Shown: positions 1 to 9,433, counted from the stretch's first letter. The stretch: DNA of 64,000 nucleotides from Lysobacterales bacterium (GCA_050250665.1 JBFWOF010000035.1:1406-65405), one strand, 5' to 3'. A program made the numbers and translations. The notes: generated by a model from the sequence alone, not told the origin.

Positions 1-31
1 CCAGACCCAGGGTTTTGCCGTCGAGAGCCAT
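1..31 (-). CDS. 5' end of an unidentified gene running off the left edge (MALDGKTLGL...)
   Basis: ATG at 29-31 on the minus strand with GAGGA about 9 nt upstream. Only 10 codons are visible, so no product can be named. Confidence 0.3.
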   Translation of the reverse strand, partial: MALDGKTLGL

Positions 32-116
32 GATCCGGGTCCTCAGGGGTTTGCCGGATATTCGGAGCCTTTGGGCGCGGGTGCAATGGTTTGGGGGGGT
101 GCGGGTGGCGGGCGTC

Positions 117-575
117 GGTTTCGCTTTGGTGGGTCCAGACTTGTCTGGACGCTTCTGGGCGGGGTGCGGGAAGAGCGTCCAGACGAGTCTGGACCTACAG
201 GAGCCGTAGATTGGGCGGGTTGCGGGAAGAGCGTCCAGACGAGTCTGGACCTACAGGAGCCGCAGATCCTGCCGAGCAAGCTCGGCACTACCAAGGCCTC
301 GTACGCCGAGGCTCTGGTAGAGCGGAGCTTGCTCCGCTGCTTTGGCTGCGCTTTGGTTTTGCTTTGGTGGGTCCAGACTTGTCTGGAGGCTTCTGGGCGG
401 GGCGTGGGAAGAGCGTCCAGACGAGTCTGGACCTACAAGAGCCGCAGATCCTGCCGAGCAAGCTCGGCACTACCAAGGCCTCGTACGCCGATGCTTTGGT
501 ACAGCGGAGCTTGCTCCGCTGCTTTGGCTGCGCTTTGGTTTTGCTTTGGTGGGTCCAGGCGAGTCTGAACCTGCG
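117..575. repeat. Tandem array (about 2.5 copies) of a ~182-bp intergenic repeat built from hairpin modules (GTCCAGAC-N2/3-GTCTGGAC; GCCGAGCAAGCTCGGC)
   Basis: GGGAAGAGCGTCCAGACGAGTCTGGACCTACA starts at 168, 224 and 406. CAGATCCTGCCGAGCAAGCTCGGCACTACCAAGGCC starts at 263 and 445. The ORFs called over this stretch only translate the repeat. Confidence 0.9.
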
Positions 576-590
576 AAAAGCAGATGCTGG

Positions 591-673
591 CGTCATTGCG
601 AGGAGCGCAGCGACGAAGCAATCCAGGGTATCGCCGCACGCCCCTGGATTGCTTCGCTTCGCTCGCAATGACG
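591..673. repeat. REP-type long hairpin, CGTCATTGCGAG...GCAATCC / GGATTGC...CTCGCAATGACG family (copy 1)
   Basis: Inverted arms CGTCATTGCGAGGAGCGCAGCGACGAAGCAATCCAGG and CCTGGATTGCTTCGCTTCGCTCGCAATGACG. The same family recurs at 2227-2353 and 62301-62398. Confidence 0.9.
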
Positions 674-748
674 CCGGACTTTCTCTCAGCGCGCAGGCTG
701 TGCCCAACACCGCCTTGCGAAATTGTTGGGCACGGCCTCCGGCCTTTG

Positions 749-902
749 CCCAACGGTCATGGCTGCGAGCCACCCGCAATCATGAAAGTCGCTGGTGCCA
801 TGACCGTTGCATAGGGTTTCTTGCCTAACCCCTCCCCAGCCCTCCCCGAACATCGGGGAGGGAGCGACAGCACTCGCCTGCACGACTTTCACGGCAACCT
901 AC
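749..902. repeat. ~155-bp dispersed intergenic element (copy 1) with GGTCATGGC...GCCATGACC hairpin
   Basis: Near-identical blocks CCCAACGGTCATGGCTGCGAG...GTCGCTGGTGCCATGACCGTTGCATA...CCCCGAACATCGGGGAGGGAGCGACAGCACTCG...CACGGCAACC are shared with 59042-59266. Confidence 0.85.
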
Positions 903-933
903 GCGGGGTGGGCGATTCGGGTGCGGGATGGTC

Positions 934-1965
934 TCAATAAATCGCGGCGCGGAGGGTGGGGTAGTGCACCAGCCTTTGTCCGGGGATGAATTGGTCCATG
1001 CTCAGGGTCCATTGCGAGTGGGGCCAGCGGTAGCTGAGTTCGCGGCGGCGGGGGTAGAGGACGGCGGTGTAGAGGGTGCCGCGATCGCGGCTGAAGGCGA
1101 GTGAGTACAGCGGCGGGCGCAGGAAGGTGCTGATGAAGCGCTCGGGTGGGTCTTCGTGCAGCATCAATCGCTTGAGCAGATAGCGCTCGCGTTCGACGGT
1201 GGCCGACTGGAAGGCGTGATCGCGGATGTCGTCGCCGGGCTGGTGATTGGTGGCCACGGGCGCGGCGGTGACCAGTGCCGGGCGATCGGGTGCCAGGTGC
1301 ACGGTGGCGCGATCGCCCTGGGCGTCGACCACGGTGATGTTGTAGGCCATGTGTGTGGGAATGCGTGCGAGCGCGGCGGCGGCTTCGCGGGTGCTGCGGC
1401 AGGTCTCCAGCACATAGCGCAGCACGATCGGCACGCCGAAACCTTCGCCGACGACGCGACGGCCGCCAAAGGTCAGGGAGACCGCCAGGCCGGATTCGTT
1501 GATGCCGTCGACCAGTCCCATCAGGCAGTCGCTGGTGCCGAGCACGGTCTGACTGCCCCAGCGGCTCAGCAGCGCGGTGGCATCGAAGAACTTGGCGGAA
1601 TAATCGTAGTTGCGCACCAGCATGGGTTCTTCGCCGGGCCAGACGGCCTGGGAGCAGGCGCTGTCATAGGCGGGCGGACACCACAGGCTGAGAAAGCGGG
1701 CGGTGACATCGCCGCCGCCGGCCAGTTCCACCTGTCGCGCCCAGATCGGCACCAGCTCGGGCATGTGCACTTCCAGCGCGCGCCTGCAGGCCAGGAAGCT
1801 GGGTCTGGCCAGAAAGCCGTCGCGCAGATACCACTGGCGGTAGGCCGGCCACAGCTGACGGTACAGCCGCAGCCAGGGCTGCCCGCTGGGGTCGTCGGCG
1901 ATGGCGTGGAAGGTGAGGTTCATGGTGGCCAGAGGGTCATCGGGTCGCGAAGGGTTTTGTAGCAC
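934..1965 (-). CDS. C45-family (acyl-CoA:6-aminopenicillanic-acid acyltransferase-like) Ntn hydrolase, putative amidase
   Basis: 343-aa ORF starting at GTG 1965; an alternative ATG lies at 1923 (MNLTFHAI...). Blocks LVRNYDY, GTSDCLMGLVDGINESGLAVSL and NITVVDAQG resemble peptidase C45 / choloylglycine-hydrolase-like proteins. The family call is from memory of those motifs. Confidence 0.55.
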   Translation of the reverse strand: MLQNPSRPDDPLATMNLTFHAIADDPSGQPWLRLYRQLWPAYRQWYLRDGFLARPSFLACRRALEVHMPELVPIWARQVELAGGGDVTARFLSLWCPPAYDSACSQAVWPGEEPMLVRNYDYSAKFFDATALLSRWGSQTVLGTSDCLMGLVDGINESGLAVSLTFGGRRVVGEGFGVPIVLRYVLETCRSTREAAAALARIPTHMAYNITVVDAQGDRATVHLAPDRPALVTAAPVATNHQPGDDIRDHAFQSATVERERYLLKRLMLHEDPPERFISTFLRPPLYSLAFSRDRGTLYTAVLYPRRRELSYRWPHSQWTLSMDQFIPGQRLVHYPTLRAAIY

Positions 1966-2007
1966 GAGAAGGCGTGGCGTGCTTTCCGGGTGGTGTGTGC
2001 TGTTGCT

Positions 2008-2085
2008 GTGGACGGCGCCGCGCTGCGGCGCGGTGTTGGTTTGCCAGGAGACGAACAGCGGCCGCGCAGGCGCGCGGCCCTCCTT
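2008..2085. repeat. Composite REP module (GTGGA[C/G]GGCGCCGCGC-GCGGCGC ... CCGCGCAGGCGCGCGGCCCTCCT), copy 1
   Basis: The same two arms occur at 12634-12710 in the same orientation and at 35952-36028 inverted. Confidence 0.8.
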
Positions 2086-2226
2086 CGGGGTACGCCGACC
2101 CGGTGAAGCGCCGGGGAGCCGCTGCGCGGCACCCTCGGCCTACGTCCGGGCGGGTGGTTGCCATGCCGCGTCGACCGGATTGCCGCGTCGCCGGTCGCGC
2201 CGCAAGGGCGCTCCTGCACTTTTTGC

Positions 2227-2353
2227 CGTCATTGCGAGTGAATCGAGGCAATCCAGAAGCACTGGATTGCTTCGTCGCTGCGCTCCTCGCAATGACGCCG
2301 GGGTTCATGGCCGTGCGCAAGCTGGGACTTGCACCGGTCGCTCGCAATGACGC
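2227..2353. repeat. REP hairpin, CGTCATTGCGAG/CTCGCAATGACG family (copy 2, with an extra half-site)
   Basis: CGTCATTGCGAGTGAATCGAGGCAATCCAG ... CTGGATTGCTTCGTCGCTGCGCTCCTCGCAATGACG, plus a third GCTCGCAATGACG at 2340-2353. Confidence 0.85.
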
Positions 2354-2365
2354 CGTCTGCGGAAC

Positions 2366-3826
2366 TCAGGCGAACTTGAAGTGATGTTCTGCGGGCAGCT
2401 GCGGCGGCAGTTCGACCAGTGACTCGGCGCGATAGTGCTTGCGGATGCCGTCGATCCACTTCTTGGAACGCTCGGTCAGGCTGAACTTGTCGCTCATGGC
2501 GCGGCCGCGCAGCACCAGGATGCCGAGGTCGGCGCCTTCGTAGCGCCAGTCGCCCTTGCCGACGATGCGCAGGAAGAAGGCCTCGTTTTCGGTGCGCACG
2601 GCGCGACGGTGATAGTCGAAGCGGTCGAAATGCACTTCGCCGGCTTCGTCCATGCGCCAAATACCGGTTTCCGGGGCGTGGGTGATCTGGCCGATGGAAT
2701 CTTCGGTGTGCTTGATGACCATCTGGCACCAGGAATCGATGTTGTCGGGATCAGCCCAGCGCGCATTCAACTCGGCGATGTCGATGTCGAAGGGCACGTT
2801 GGAGAATTCCAGCAGATGGAACAGGGCCAGCGGCGCATCGGCGTGGGCAAAGGCGGCGTGGTTGGTCATCGAGCTGGCGCCGGTGATGCGCGGATTGAGC
2901 TCGCCCAGATAGATGTCACGGGTCTTGGTGTCGATCAGGAAGTCGAGTTCGAAATAGCCGCGGTAACCTTCCTTGCGCAGCTGTTCGCCGAAGGCAAAGG
3001 TGTAGTCACGGGCCTGTTCGCGGGCGCGCTTGGAGAAGGCGTTGGCGAAGATCTCGTTGCCGCACCAGCCGCCGCGATAGGGCGTGAGATCGTTGAAGCC
3101 GACCAGTTCGGTCATCAGCGGGCCGACGATGGTGCCCTGCCTGGTGGCGCAGGCTTCAATGGCCGCACCGCGGCAATTGATGCGCTTCATGATCTTGATC
3201 TCGCCCTGGCCGATGATGTCGTGCTGATGCTTGCGGAACTCGGCCTCGGACTTGATGAAGAAGGTGGTGTGGCCGGAATCCCCATAGGCCGACTGCAGCA
3301 CCAGATCGGTGCCCAGCTTGGCTTTTTCGGCCACTTCCATCAGCTGCGCGTAGTCATTGATCTCGGCCAGCGTGTTGGGAACGCTGGGCACTCCGGCCTT
3401 GTTGCCGATGCGCACGGTCTCGATCTTGTTGTCGATGCGGTTGCGCAGGCTGGCCTTGGGGAACCAGACCTCGGCGCCTATTTCCTTCGACAGGGCTTCG
3501 GTCTGCTCGTCGAACATCAGGAAGATGAACTTGGGTTTACCGCCGCGTTTGGCGACGTGATCGATGACTTCCTTATGCTGCAGCAGATAGTTGTTGATGT
3601 CCTCGATCGACTGGAACTCGGCATGCGGTTGCTCGGAGGGGCAGAACACATTGGGGTGCTGACCGTCATAGCAGTCGATGTAGCTGATGTAGCTGAGATT
3701 CTTGACCCACTCGTCGAGGCCGAGCAGATTGAAGTTGGTGGCGCTGACGAAGTAAACCGGTTCCTCGAAGCGATGGAAGAAGCGGCGGATCTCGGAAATG
3801 TTCTTCAGCTTGCGGCGTTTTGCCAT
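2366..3826 (-). CDS. ATP-grasp family carboxylate-amine ligase, substrate unknown (often labelled biotin-carboxylase-like)
   Basis: 486 aa, with AGGAG about 8 nt upstream of the ATG. ATP-grasp-type core (GYRGYFELDFLID, LGELNPRITGAS). It starts 20 nt after the decarboxylase stop on the same strand. Confidence 0.75.
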   Translation of the reverse strand: MAKRRKLKNISEIRRFFHRFEEPVYFVSATNFNLLGLDEWVKNLSYISYIDCYDGQHPNVFCPSEQPHAEFQSIEDINNYLLQHKEVIDHVAKRGGKPKFIFLMFDEQTEALSKEIGAEVWFPKASLRNRIDNKIETVRIGNKAGVPSVPNTLAEINDYAQLMEVAEKAKLGTDLVLQSAYGDSGHTTFFIKSEAEFRKHQHDIIGQGEIKIMKRINCRGAAIEACATRQGTIVGPLMTELVGFNDLTPYRGGWCGNEIFANAFSKRAREQARDYTFAFGEQLRKEGYRGYFELDFLIDTKTRDIYLGELNPRITGASSMTNHAAFAHADAPLALFHLLEFSNVPFDIDIAELNARWADPDNIDSWCQMVIKHTEDSIGQITHAPETGIWRMDEAGEVHFDRFDYHRRAVRTENEAFFLRIVGKGDWRYEGADLGILVLRGRAMSDKFSLTERSKKWIDGIRKHYRAESLVELPPQLPAEHHFKFA

Positions 3827-3846
3827 CGGTATTGCTCCTGATTTGG

Positions 3847-6699
3847 TCAGTGCGCGGTGCGGGCGTTGGCCAGCGCTTCTTCGGTGAAGACGCGCAATCC
3901 AAGGTCAGGCCGGTAGCCATGAATTTCCTTGACGTCTAGCGCGCGCATGAAATGCAGGATCTCCTTGGAGATCACCTGCCCCGGCACCAGAATCGGAAAG
4001 CCGGGTGGATAGGGAATGATGAAAGCGGTCGAGACCAGTTCGCGGCCGCTGTCCATGGCGGCTTCCATCGATCCATCCTCGATCGGGAAGTAGTCGCAAT
4101 TGGACTCGTCGTAGGCCATGAAATAGGCGCTGCGGATGTCGCCTTCGGACGTGCCTTCGGCCTTGCCGGTGCGGAAGGCATCGTGAAAGCGGGAGAAGTC
4201 GGGCAGCGGCGGATAGTCCTCGGTCAGCGATTTCACGCGCTTGTCGAAGGCCAGTTTTTCCATCTTGCTGGCATCTTCGAGCTGGGAATCGATGTCGGCA
4301 GCCACCCGCACCAGCACTTCGATCAGATAGGCCACCGACGAGCGCGTGGTGCCGATGTTGGTCATGAACAGCACGGTGTTGCGTGAGGTCTTGTTGATCT
4401 GGATGCCGTGCTTGTTCATCAGCACTTCGTTCTTGAAGGTGTCGCCGTCGTAGCCGGCGTGACCCACGGCCAGCGTCACCCGCGAAGCGTCGAGCGCAAA
4501 CTCGTCGATGGCGAAGGCGTTCCAGGTGTCGTTCCAGCCCTGCTCCTGATCCCAGTAGGCATTGATGCCCGACTCGCGGTGGGCTGATGGGATCAGTTCC
4601 TTGACTGTGAGTACCCGGAAATACTTGCGCAGCAGCGGGTGTGAATCGATGGCTTTGCGCATGGCCATCGCCGCTTCGATCTGCTTCTGTACGAACTCGA
4701 ATCCCTCCAGTTCCACCTGGCGGCGGCCGACATCGAGCGAAGCGATGATCTGGTAGTTGGGCGAGGTCGAGGTGTGGGTCATGTAGGCCTCGTGGAATGC
4801 CTGTTCGACCTCACCTTTGAAGTCCTGGTCGTGCACGTGAATCATCGAACCCTGGCGCAGCGAGGTCAGGGTCTTGTGGGTGGACTGGGTGGCGTAGGCG
4901 CGCACCCGTACCCTGGCCGGGTCGGGCAGCAGACGGGTCTCCAGCAACTTCTTCTCACTGGCGCCGGCCAGTTCCGCCTGTTGCGCGGCGTAGCGCTCGG
5001 CATAGGCCGGACTGCGATAGCGCGCCCGCAGCGACGCGGCGGTGGCCATGGCGGTGCGCTGACGGTAAGTGGGGGCGAAGCGGGCGAAGGCGAACCAGGC
5101 CTCGTCCCACAGGAACACCAGATCCGGCTTGATCGCCAGGCACTCTTCCATGACCCGCTCGACGTTGTAGATGATGCCGTCGAAGGTGCAGTTGGTGAGC
5201 AGCAGCATGCGCACGCGGTCGAGCTTGCCGGCCTTTTTCAGGGTCAGCAGCTGGTGCTTGATCTCGCGCAGCGGCACCGCGCCGTACATCGAGTACTCGC
5301 TGAGCGGATAGCTGTCGAGATAGACCACATTGGCGCCGGCCAGCATCATGCCGTAGTGATGCGATTTGTGGCAGTCGCGATCGACCAGCACGATGTCGCC
5401 CGGCCGGACGATGGCCTGGACCACGATCTTGTTGCAGGTGGAGGTGCCGTTGGTGGCGAAGAAGGTCTGCTTGGCGCCGAAGGCACGCGCTGCCAGTTCC
5501 TGGGCGTGCTTGATCGGGCCGGTGGGATCGAGCAGCGAATCGAGGCCGCCGGAGGTGGCGGAGGTCTCGGCCATGAAGATGTTCATGCCGTAGAACTCGC
5601 TCATGTCGCGGATCCAGTTGCTGCGGATCAGCGATTTGCCGCGACTGATCGGCATCGCATGGAAGACGCCGGTCGGCTGCTTGGAATATTCCTTGAGCGC
5701 GTTGAAGAAGGGCGTGTTGTAGCGCGAGTTCAGGCTGCGCAGGATGTTCAGGTGCAACTCGGTGAAGTCTTCCTGGTTGTAGAACACGCGGGCGCAGCCA
5801 CCGAGGTCGCGCCCGGCGATCTCCTCCACCGAGCGGTCGGTGACCAGGAACACATCCAGCTCCGGCCTGATCTTTCGCAGCAGACGGCAGAGCTCGGGGC
5901 CGTAGTCCTCGGGATCGATGGACGACAGATCCTCATCGCCCACCCGGTGCAGATAGCGCTTGAGGATCTCCATGTGGTTGGCCGAGGCAAAGCCGAAGTC
6001 ATGGCGTACCACCACCGACTGGATGTTGTGATTGAACAGCACGCCGATCAGCGCATCCTCGAAAGTGCCGACCGACACGGCCTCGTAGACGAAACGGTCA
6101 TCGTTGCGACGCTGGTCGCGCAGGGCCTGGCACTGGGCTTCGTGTTGCGCCGGGCTGAGGTCGTCGACGATCAGCACCTCGAAATAGGGTCGCGATTGCG
6201 CCTTCAGCTCGTGGGTCTCGATGCGATCCTGCTCGTCGTCGAGCTCGCGCTCGTGGTCGGCATGGAAATCCGACAGGCGGCGGCGGTAGGTGCCGGCCTG
6301 CAGCGAGCGCACCATGCGGGTGACGGCGCGGCCGAAATCGATGAAATCCTCCCGTGACAGCAGCTTGCGCAACTGCTCCAGGCCGCGACGGCCGGGGAAG
6401 GCCCAATAGGCCTCGATGGGCCCGAGCGAACTCAGCAGGTGGTGGATCTTTTCGAGAATCTGGGCGCGGTGGCCATTGCGTGAGCCGCCTGCCAGCTGTC
6501 CGGCGAGGCTCTTGAGCGCGGTCCAGCGATCGTTGCGCAACTGCGAGGCCGAATAGTAGTCGCTGAGAGAGCCGTGTTCCGGCGCGGCGACGGCGGTGGT
6601 GGCCGGTGCAACGCGACTGCTGCTGGGTGCCGGTTCAGCCGAGATCGCCGGTGCCGGTTGACCGGCGCGCTGGACTGGCTTGGGTTTTCTTGCGGGCAT
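3847..6699 (-). CDS. Large PLP-dependent Orn/Lys/Arg decarboxylase (wing-domain type) with an extra ~170-aa N-terminal extension
   Basis: 950 aa, with GAGGAG upstream of the ATG. PLP-lysine motif ATQSTHKTLTSL, plus blocks TNGTSTCNK, LLTNCTFDG and IIPYPPGFPILVPGQ typical of the AdiA/LdcC/SpeF fold. A CheY-like wing (YFEVLIVDD...) is preceded by an Ala/Pro-rich and helical N-terminus. Confidence 0.85.
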   Translation of the reverse strand: MPARKPKPVQRAGQPAPAISAEPAPSSSRVAPATTAVAAPEHGSLSDYYSASQLRNDRWTALKSLAGQLAGGSRNGHRAQILEKIHHLLSSLGPIEAYWAFPGRRGLEQLRKLLSREDFIDFGRAVTRMVRSLQAGTYRRRLSDFHADHERELDDEQDRIETHELKAQSRPYFEVLIVDDLSPAQHEAQCQALRDQRRNDDRFVYEAVSVGTFEDALIGVLFNHNIQSVVVRHDFGFASANHMEILKRYLHRVGDEDLSSIDPEDYGPELCRLLRKIRPELDVFLVTDRSVEEIAGRDLGGCARVFYNQEDFTELHLNILRSLNSRYNTPFFNALKEYSKQPTGVFHAMPISRGKSLIRSNWIRDMSEFYGMNIFMAETSATSGGLDSLLDPTGPIKHAQELAARAFGAKQTFFATNGTSTCNKIVVQAIVRPGDIVLVDRDCHKSHHYGMMLAGANVVYLDSYPLSEYSMYGAVPLREIKHQLLTLKKAGKLDRVRMLLLTNCTFDGIIYNVERVMEECLAIKPDLVFLWDEAWFAFARFAPTYRQRTAMATAASLRARYRSPAYAERYAAQQAELAGASEKKLLETRLLPDPARVRVRAYATQSTHKTLTSLRQGSMIHVHDQDFKGEVEQAFHEAYMTHTSTSPNYQIIASLDVGRRQVELEGFEFVQKQIEAAMAMRKAIDSHPLLRKYFRVLTVKELIPSAHRESGINAYWDQEQGWNDTWNAFAIDEFALDASRVTLAVGHAGYDGDTFKNEVLMNKHGIQINKTSRNTVLFMTNIGTTRSSVAYLIEVLVRVAADIDSQLEDASKMEKLAFDKRVKSLTEDYPPLPDFSRFHDAFRTGKAEGTSEGDIRSAYFMAYDESNCDYFPIEDGSMEAAMDSGRELVSTAFIIPYPPGFPILVPGQVISKEILHFMRALDVKEIHGYRPDLGLRVFTEEALANARTAH

Positions 6700-6774
6700 G
6701 GCTTGCTCCTCATGCGGGTCGGGTGTTGGTGAAAACCGACGACGGGGTCTCCTCTGACGGGTGGTGAGTGCGGT

Positions 6775-7701
6775 TCAGACCAGCTTGCGCGGCGGGATGG
6801 GCGCCAGCATTTCCGGCGCAGCGGAATGCAGCCCGGCGTCACCGCCCTTGGCCGGCATGGTCAGCGGCCCAAGGGTGTCCAGATAGGCATCGGTTCCAGA
6901 ATCGCGACGGTAGACGCTGAGATCGACGGTGCGATCGCGAAAGCTCTTCAACGGTTGGCCGAGGCCGTTGACGCCGGTTTCGCGCTGCCGGCGCACGCGC
7001 GCGAAGTCGATCTCGACCGGCAGGGTCTCGCTGGAACCGCCGGCCTGGGCCAGCACCGTACCGGTCGGATCGACCACGCAGGAGCGACCGATTCCGCCGG
7101 CGCCCAACCCATTGATGTCGAAGACATAGCACTGGAACTGCGCCGCCGTGGCCCGGGCGATGGCCAGTTCGACATCGCGGTCGATGGTGCCGGTGAGCAC
7201 CGGATGGATCAGCACCTCGGCGCCCATGGCGGTCAGCGTTCGGGTGGTTTCGGGTATCCAGATGTCGTAGCAGATCGACAGGCCGCAGCGACCGAGACCG
7301 GGCACGTCGAACACACAGAAGTCGGTGCCGCCGGTCACATCGTGTTCGTAGGGCATGAACGGGAACATCTTGCGATAGCGGTCCACGACCACACCCTCGG
7401 GATTGATCACCGACGTGGTGTTGTAGAGCTTGCCATCGCTGCCGCGCTCGAACACCGAGCCGGGGATCAGCCAGATGCCGTGCTTGGCCGCCGCCGCCTG
7501 CAGGGAGCTTTCTTCAGGCCCCGGCAGGGTCACCGGCTGGTTGGGTACCGGGCCGCACTGGGCCAGTTCGCTGAACACGATCATCTGAGTCCAGGGAAAG
7601 CGGATCATCACCAGGTCGATCCGGTGCAGCATCTCGATCAGATTGCTGTGCAGCGCCGGGACCATCATCTGTACCCCGGCTATCGCGAATGGCAAGCTCA
7701 T
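6775..7701 (-). CDS. Carbon-nitrogen hydrolase (nitrilase superfamily) amidase
   Basis: Start MSLPFAIAGVQ at 7701 with AAGGAA upstream. Glu-Lys-Cys triad contexts VFSELA, YRKMFPF and LSICYDIW. Confidence 0.8.
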   Translation of the reverse strand: MSLPFAIAGVQMMVPALHSNLIEMLHRIDLVMIRFPWTQMIVFSELAQCGPVPNQPVTLPGPEESSLQAAAAKHGIWLIPGSVFERGSDGKLYNTTSVINPEGVVVDRYRKMFPFMPYEHDVTGGTDFCVFDVPGLGRCGLSICYDIWIPETTRTLTAMGAEVLIHPVLTGTIDRDVELAIARATAAQFQCYVFDINGLGAGGIGRSCVVDPTGTVLAQAGGSSETLPVEIDFARVRRQRETGVNGLGQPLKSFRDRTVDLSVYRRDSGTDAYLDTLGPLTMPAKGGDAGLHSAAPEMLAPIPPRKLV

Positions 7702-7761
7702 GAATTTCCTTGTGATTTGTGTCGGCGGGCTCCGTGCTGTCCGCAATGATTCCTGCGCTTT

Positions 7762-9096
7762 TCAAGCGGCAGGTGCGAGGGTACTTTGTTCGATGAAGGC
7801 CTCGCGCAGAATCCCGACGCCCTCACGCAGCAGTTCGTCGGAGATGGTCAGCGGCATCAGGAAGCGGATCACGTTGCTGCGCACGCCGCAGGCCAGCACC
7901 ACCAGGCCACGCTGGGCACAGGCGTGCACCAGCAACTTGGTCAGCGCTGCATTGGGCTTGCTCGCATCGCCGTCCTGCACCAGCTCCATCGCCACCATGG
8001 CGCCGACGCCGCGTATCTCGCCGATCAGTGGCTGCAGGCGGGTATCCGCGCGCAGATCCTCGAGCAGATCGCGCAGCAGGGTGCCGACATGATCGGCCCG
8101 CGCGCACAGCTGTTCTTCGGCAATCACGTCCAGCACCGCCAACGCCGCAGCGCAGGAAATCGGCGAGCCGGCGTAGGTACCCCCCAGACCACCGGGCATC
8201 GGCGCGTCCATGATCTCGGCCTTGCCGATGACGCCGGAGATGGGAAAGCCGCCGCCCATGCTCTTGGCGACGGTCATCAGATCCGGCTCGATACCGGCAT
8301 GCTCGATGGCGAACAGCTTGCCGGTGCGGGCGAATCCGCTCTGAACCTCGTCGATGATCAGGACGATGCCGTGCTGATCGCAGATGGCGCGCAAGGCCTG
8401 CAGGAATTCGCGCGGTGCGATGTAGAAACCGCCCTCGCCCTGCACCGGCTCGATCACCATGGCCGCAATCTGGCTGGGATCGAGATCGGCATGCAGCAGG
8501 GTATCGAGCGCGGCCAGCGTGTGCGCGGCGCTGACGCCGTGATAGGCGATCGGATAGGGCAGGTGATAGACCTCGCCGGGCAGCGTGCCGAATCCGGCCT
8601 TGTAGGGCAGCACCTTGCCGGTCAGCGACATCGCCATCATCGTGCGGCCGTGGAATGCGCCGGAAAAGGCAATCACGCCATTGCGCCGGGTGTGGGCGCG
8701 GGCGATCTTGATCGCGTTCTCGACGGCCTCGGCACCACTGTTGAAGAAGATCGTCTTCTTCGGTGTCGGGCCCGGGGCCAGATCATTCAGGCGCTCGGCC
8801 AGCTGCACATATTCGGGGTAGGGATTGATCTGAAAGCAGGTGTGGCTGAATTTCTCCAGCTGGGCGGCAACCGCGGCCTTGACGCGTGGATGCAGATGGC
8901 CGGTGTTCAGCACCGCGATGCCGGAGGCAAAGTCTATGTAGCGCCGGCCTTCGACATCCCAGAGCTCGGAGTTCTCCGCTCTGGCCACGAAGACCGGCAA
9001 CATGGTGTAGACGCCGCGCGGGATGGCAGCCTGGCGACGGGCCTGCCAGTCGGCGTTCGTGTCCGGACTATCGGACGACACAGTGGATTGCGGCAT
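7762..9096 (-). CDS. gabT: 4-aminobutyrate:2-oxoglutarate aminotransferase (class III)
   Basis: 444 aa, collinear with the E. coli GabT sequence as I recall it (AENSELWDVEGRRYIDFASGIAVLNTGHLHP, FSHTCFQ, SGAFHGRT). GGAGGG SD. Confidence 0.9.
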   Translation of the reverse strand: MPQSTVSSDSPDTNADWQARRQAAIPRGVYTMLPVFVARAENSELWDVEGRRYIDFASGIAVLNTGHLHPRVKAAVAAQLEKFSHTCFQINPYPEYVQLAERLNDLAPGPTPKKTIFFNSGAEAVENAIKIARAHTRRNGVIAFSGAFHGRTMMAMSLTGKVLPYKAGFGTLPGEVYHLPYPIAYHGVSAAHTLAALDTLLHADLDPSQIAAMVIEPVQGEGGFYIAPREFLQALRAICDQHGIVLIIDEVQSGFARTGKLFAIEHAGIEPDLMTVAKSMGGGFPISGVIGKAEIMDAPMPGGLGGTYAGSPISCAAALAVLDVIAEEQLCARADHVGTLLRDLLEDLRADTRLQPLIGEIRGVGAMVAMELVQDGDASKPNAALTKLLVHACAQRGLVVLACGVRSNVIRFLMPLTISDELLREGVGILREAFIEQSTLAPAA

Positions 9097-9433
9097 GCCC
9101 CCTCCAATAGAAAGTCGATCGTTGTGATATCGCCGAGCTCAGCATCTCACTGAGGCTACTTGCCGTGGCAAGGACAGTGACAGTGACAGGGTGCGCCAAA
9201 GGCTGCCAACGGAGCGTGACCATGCGCGTTGGCGGTGCAGACAGAGACGGCAAAAGCCTGCCAGCTCAGGATTGAAAAAAGCAGTTGGATCAAGCACACC
9301 CATGGTGACCGGGTGCAAGGGAAAAAGCAAATAGAGCGCCGGGCAGCGCCAGGTCTGCGCCAGAACTTGCGCAGTCTCCGAGGCGCCCGGTCAGTCAGGG
9401 CGGGCACGCCGGCTGACCGCTGCACTGAGCCCG

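Noticed and set aside
15-828. Several 60-245-aa ORFs across the first 900 bp, on both strands.
   Set aside because: - They merely translate the tandem and palindromic repeats; for example VQTSLDLQEP recurs.
- None has a start context or a non-repeat domain.
2435-3841. Long antisense ORFs opposite recognised genes. Examples: 2435-3841(+), 4774-6357(+), 7786-9153(+), 10620-12263(-), 18779-20317(-), 20079-21536(-), 22782-24350(-), 31011-33707(-), 37632-38927(-), 39753-40964(+), 43093-44349(-), 55643-57385(-), 60129-61280(+).
   Set aside because: - They are typical high-GC shadow ORFs.
- Their translations are Arg/Ala/Gly/His-rich with no recognisable motifs.
- The opposite strand encodes proteins with clear conserved signatures in every case.
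9097-9433. Possible sigma-54 promoter (TGTCAC-N5-TTGC on the minus strand near 9164-9179) upstream of gabT.
   Set aside because: The invariant GG of the -24 box is GT here, so the site does not meet the consensus.
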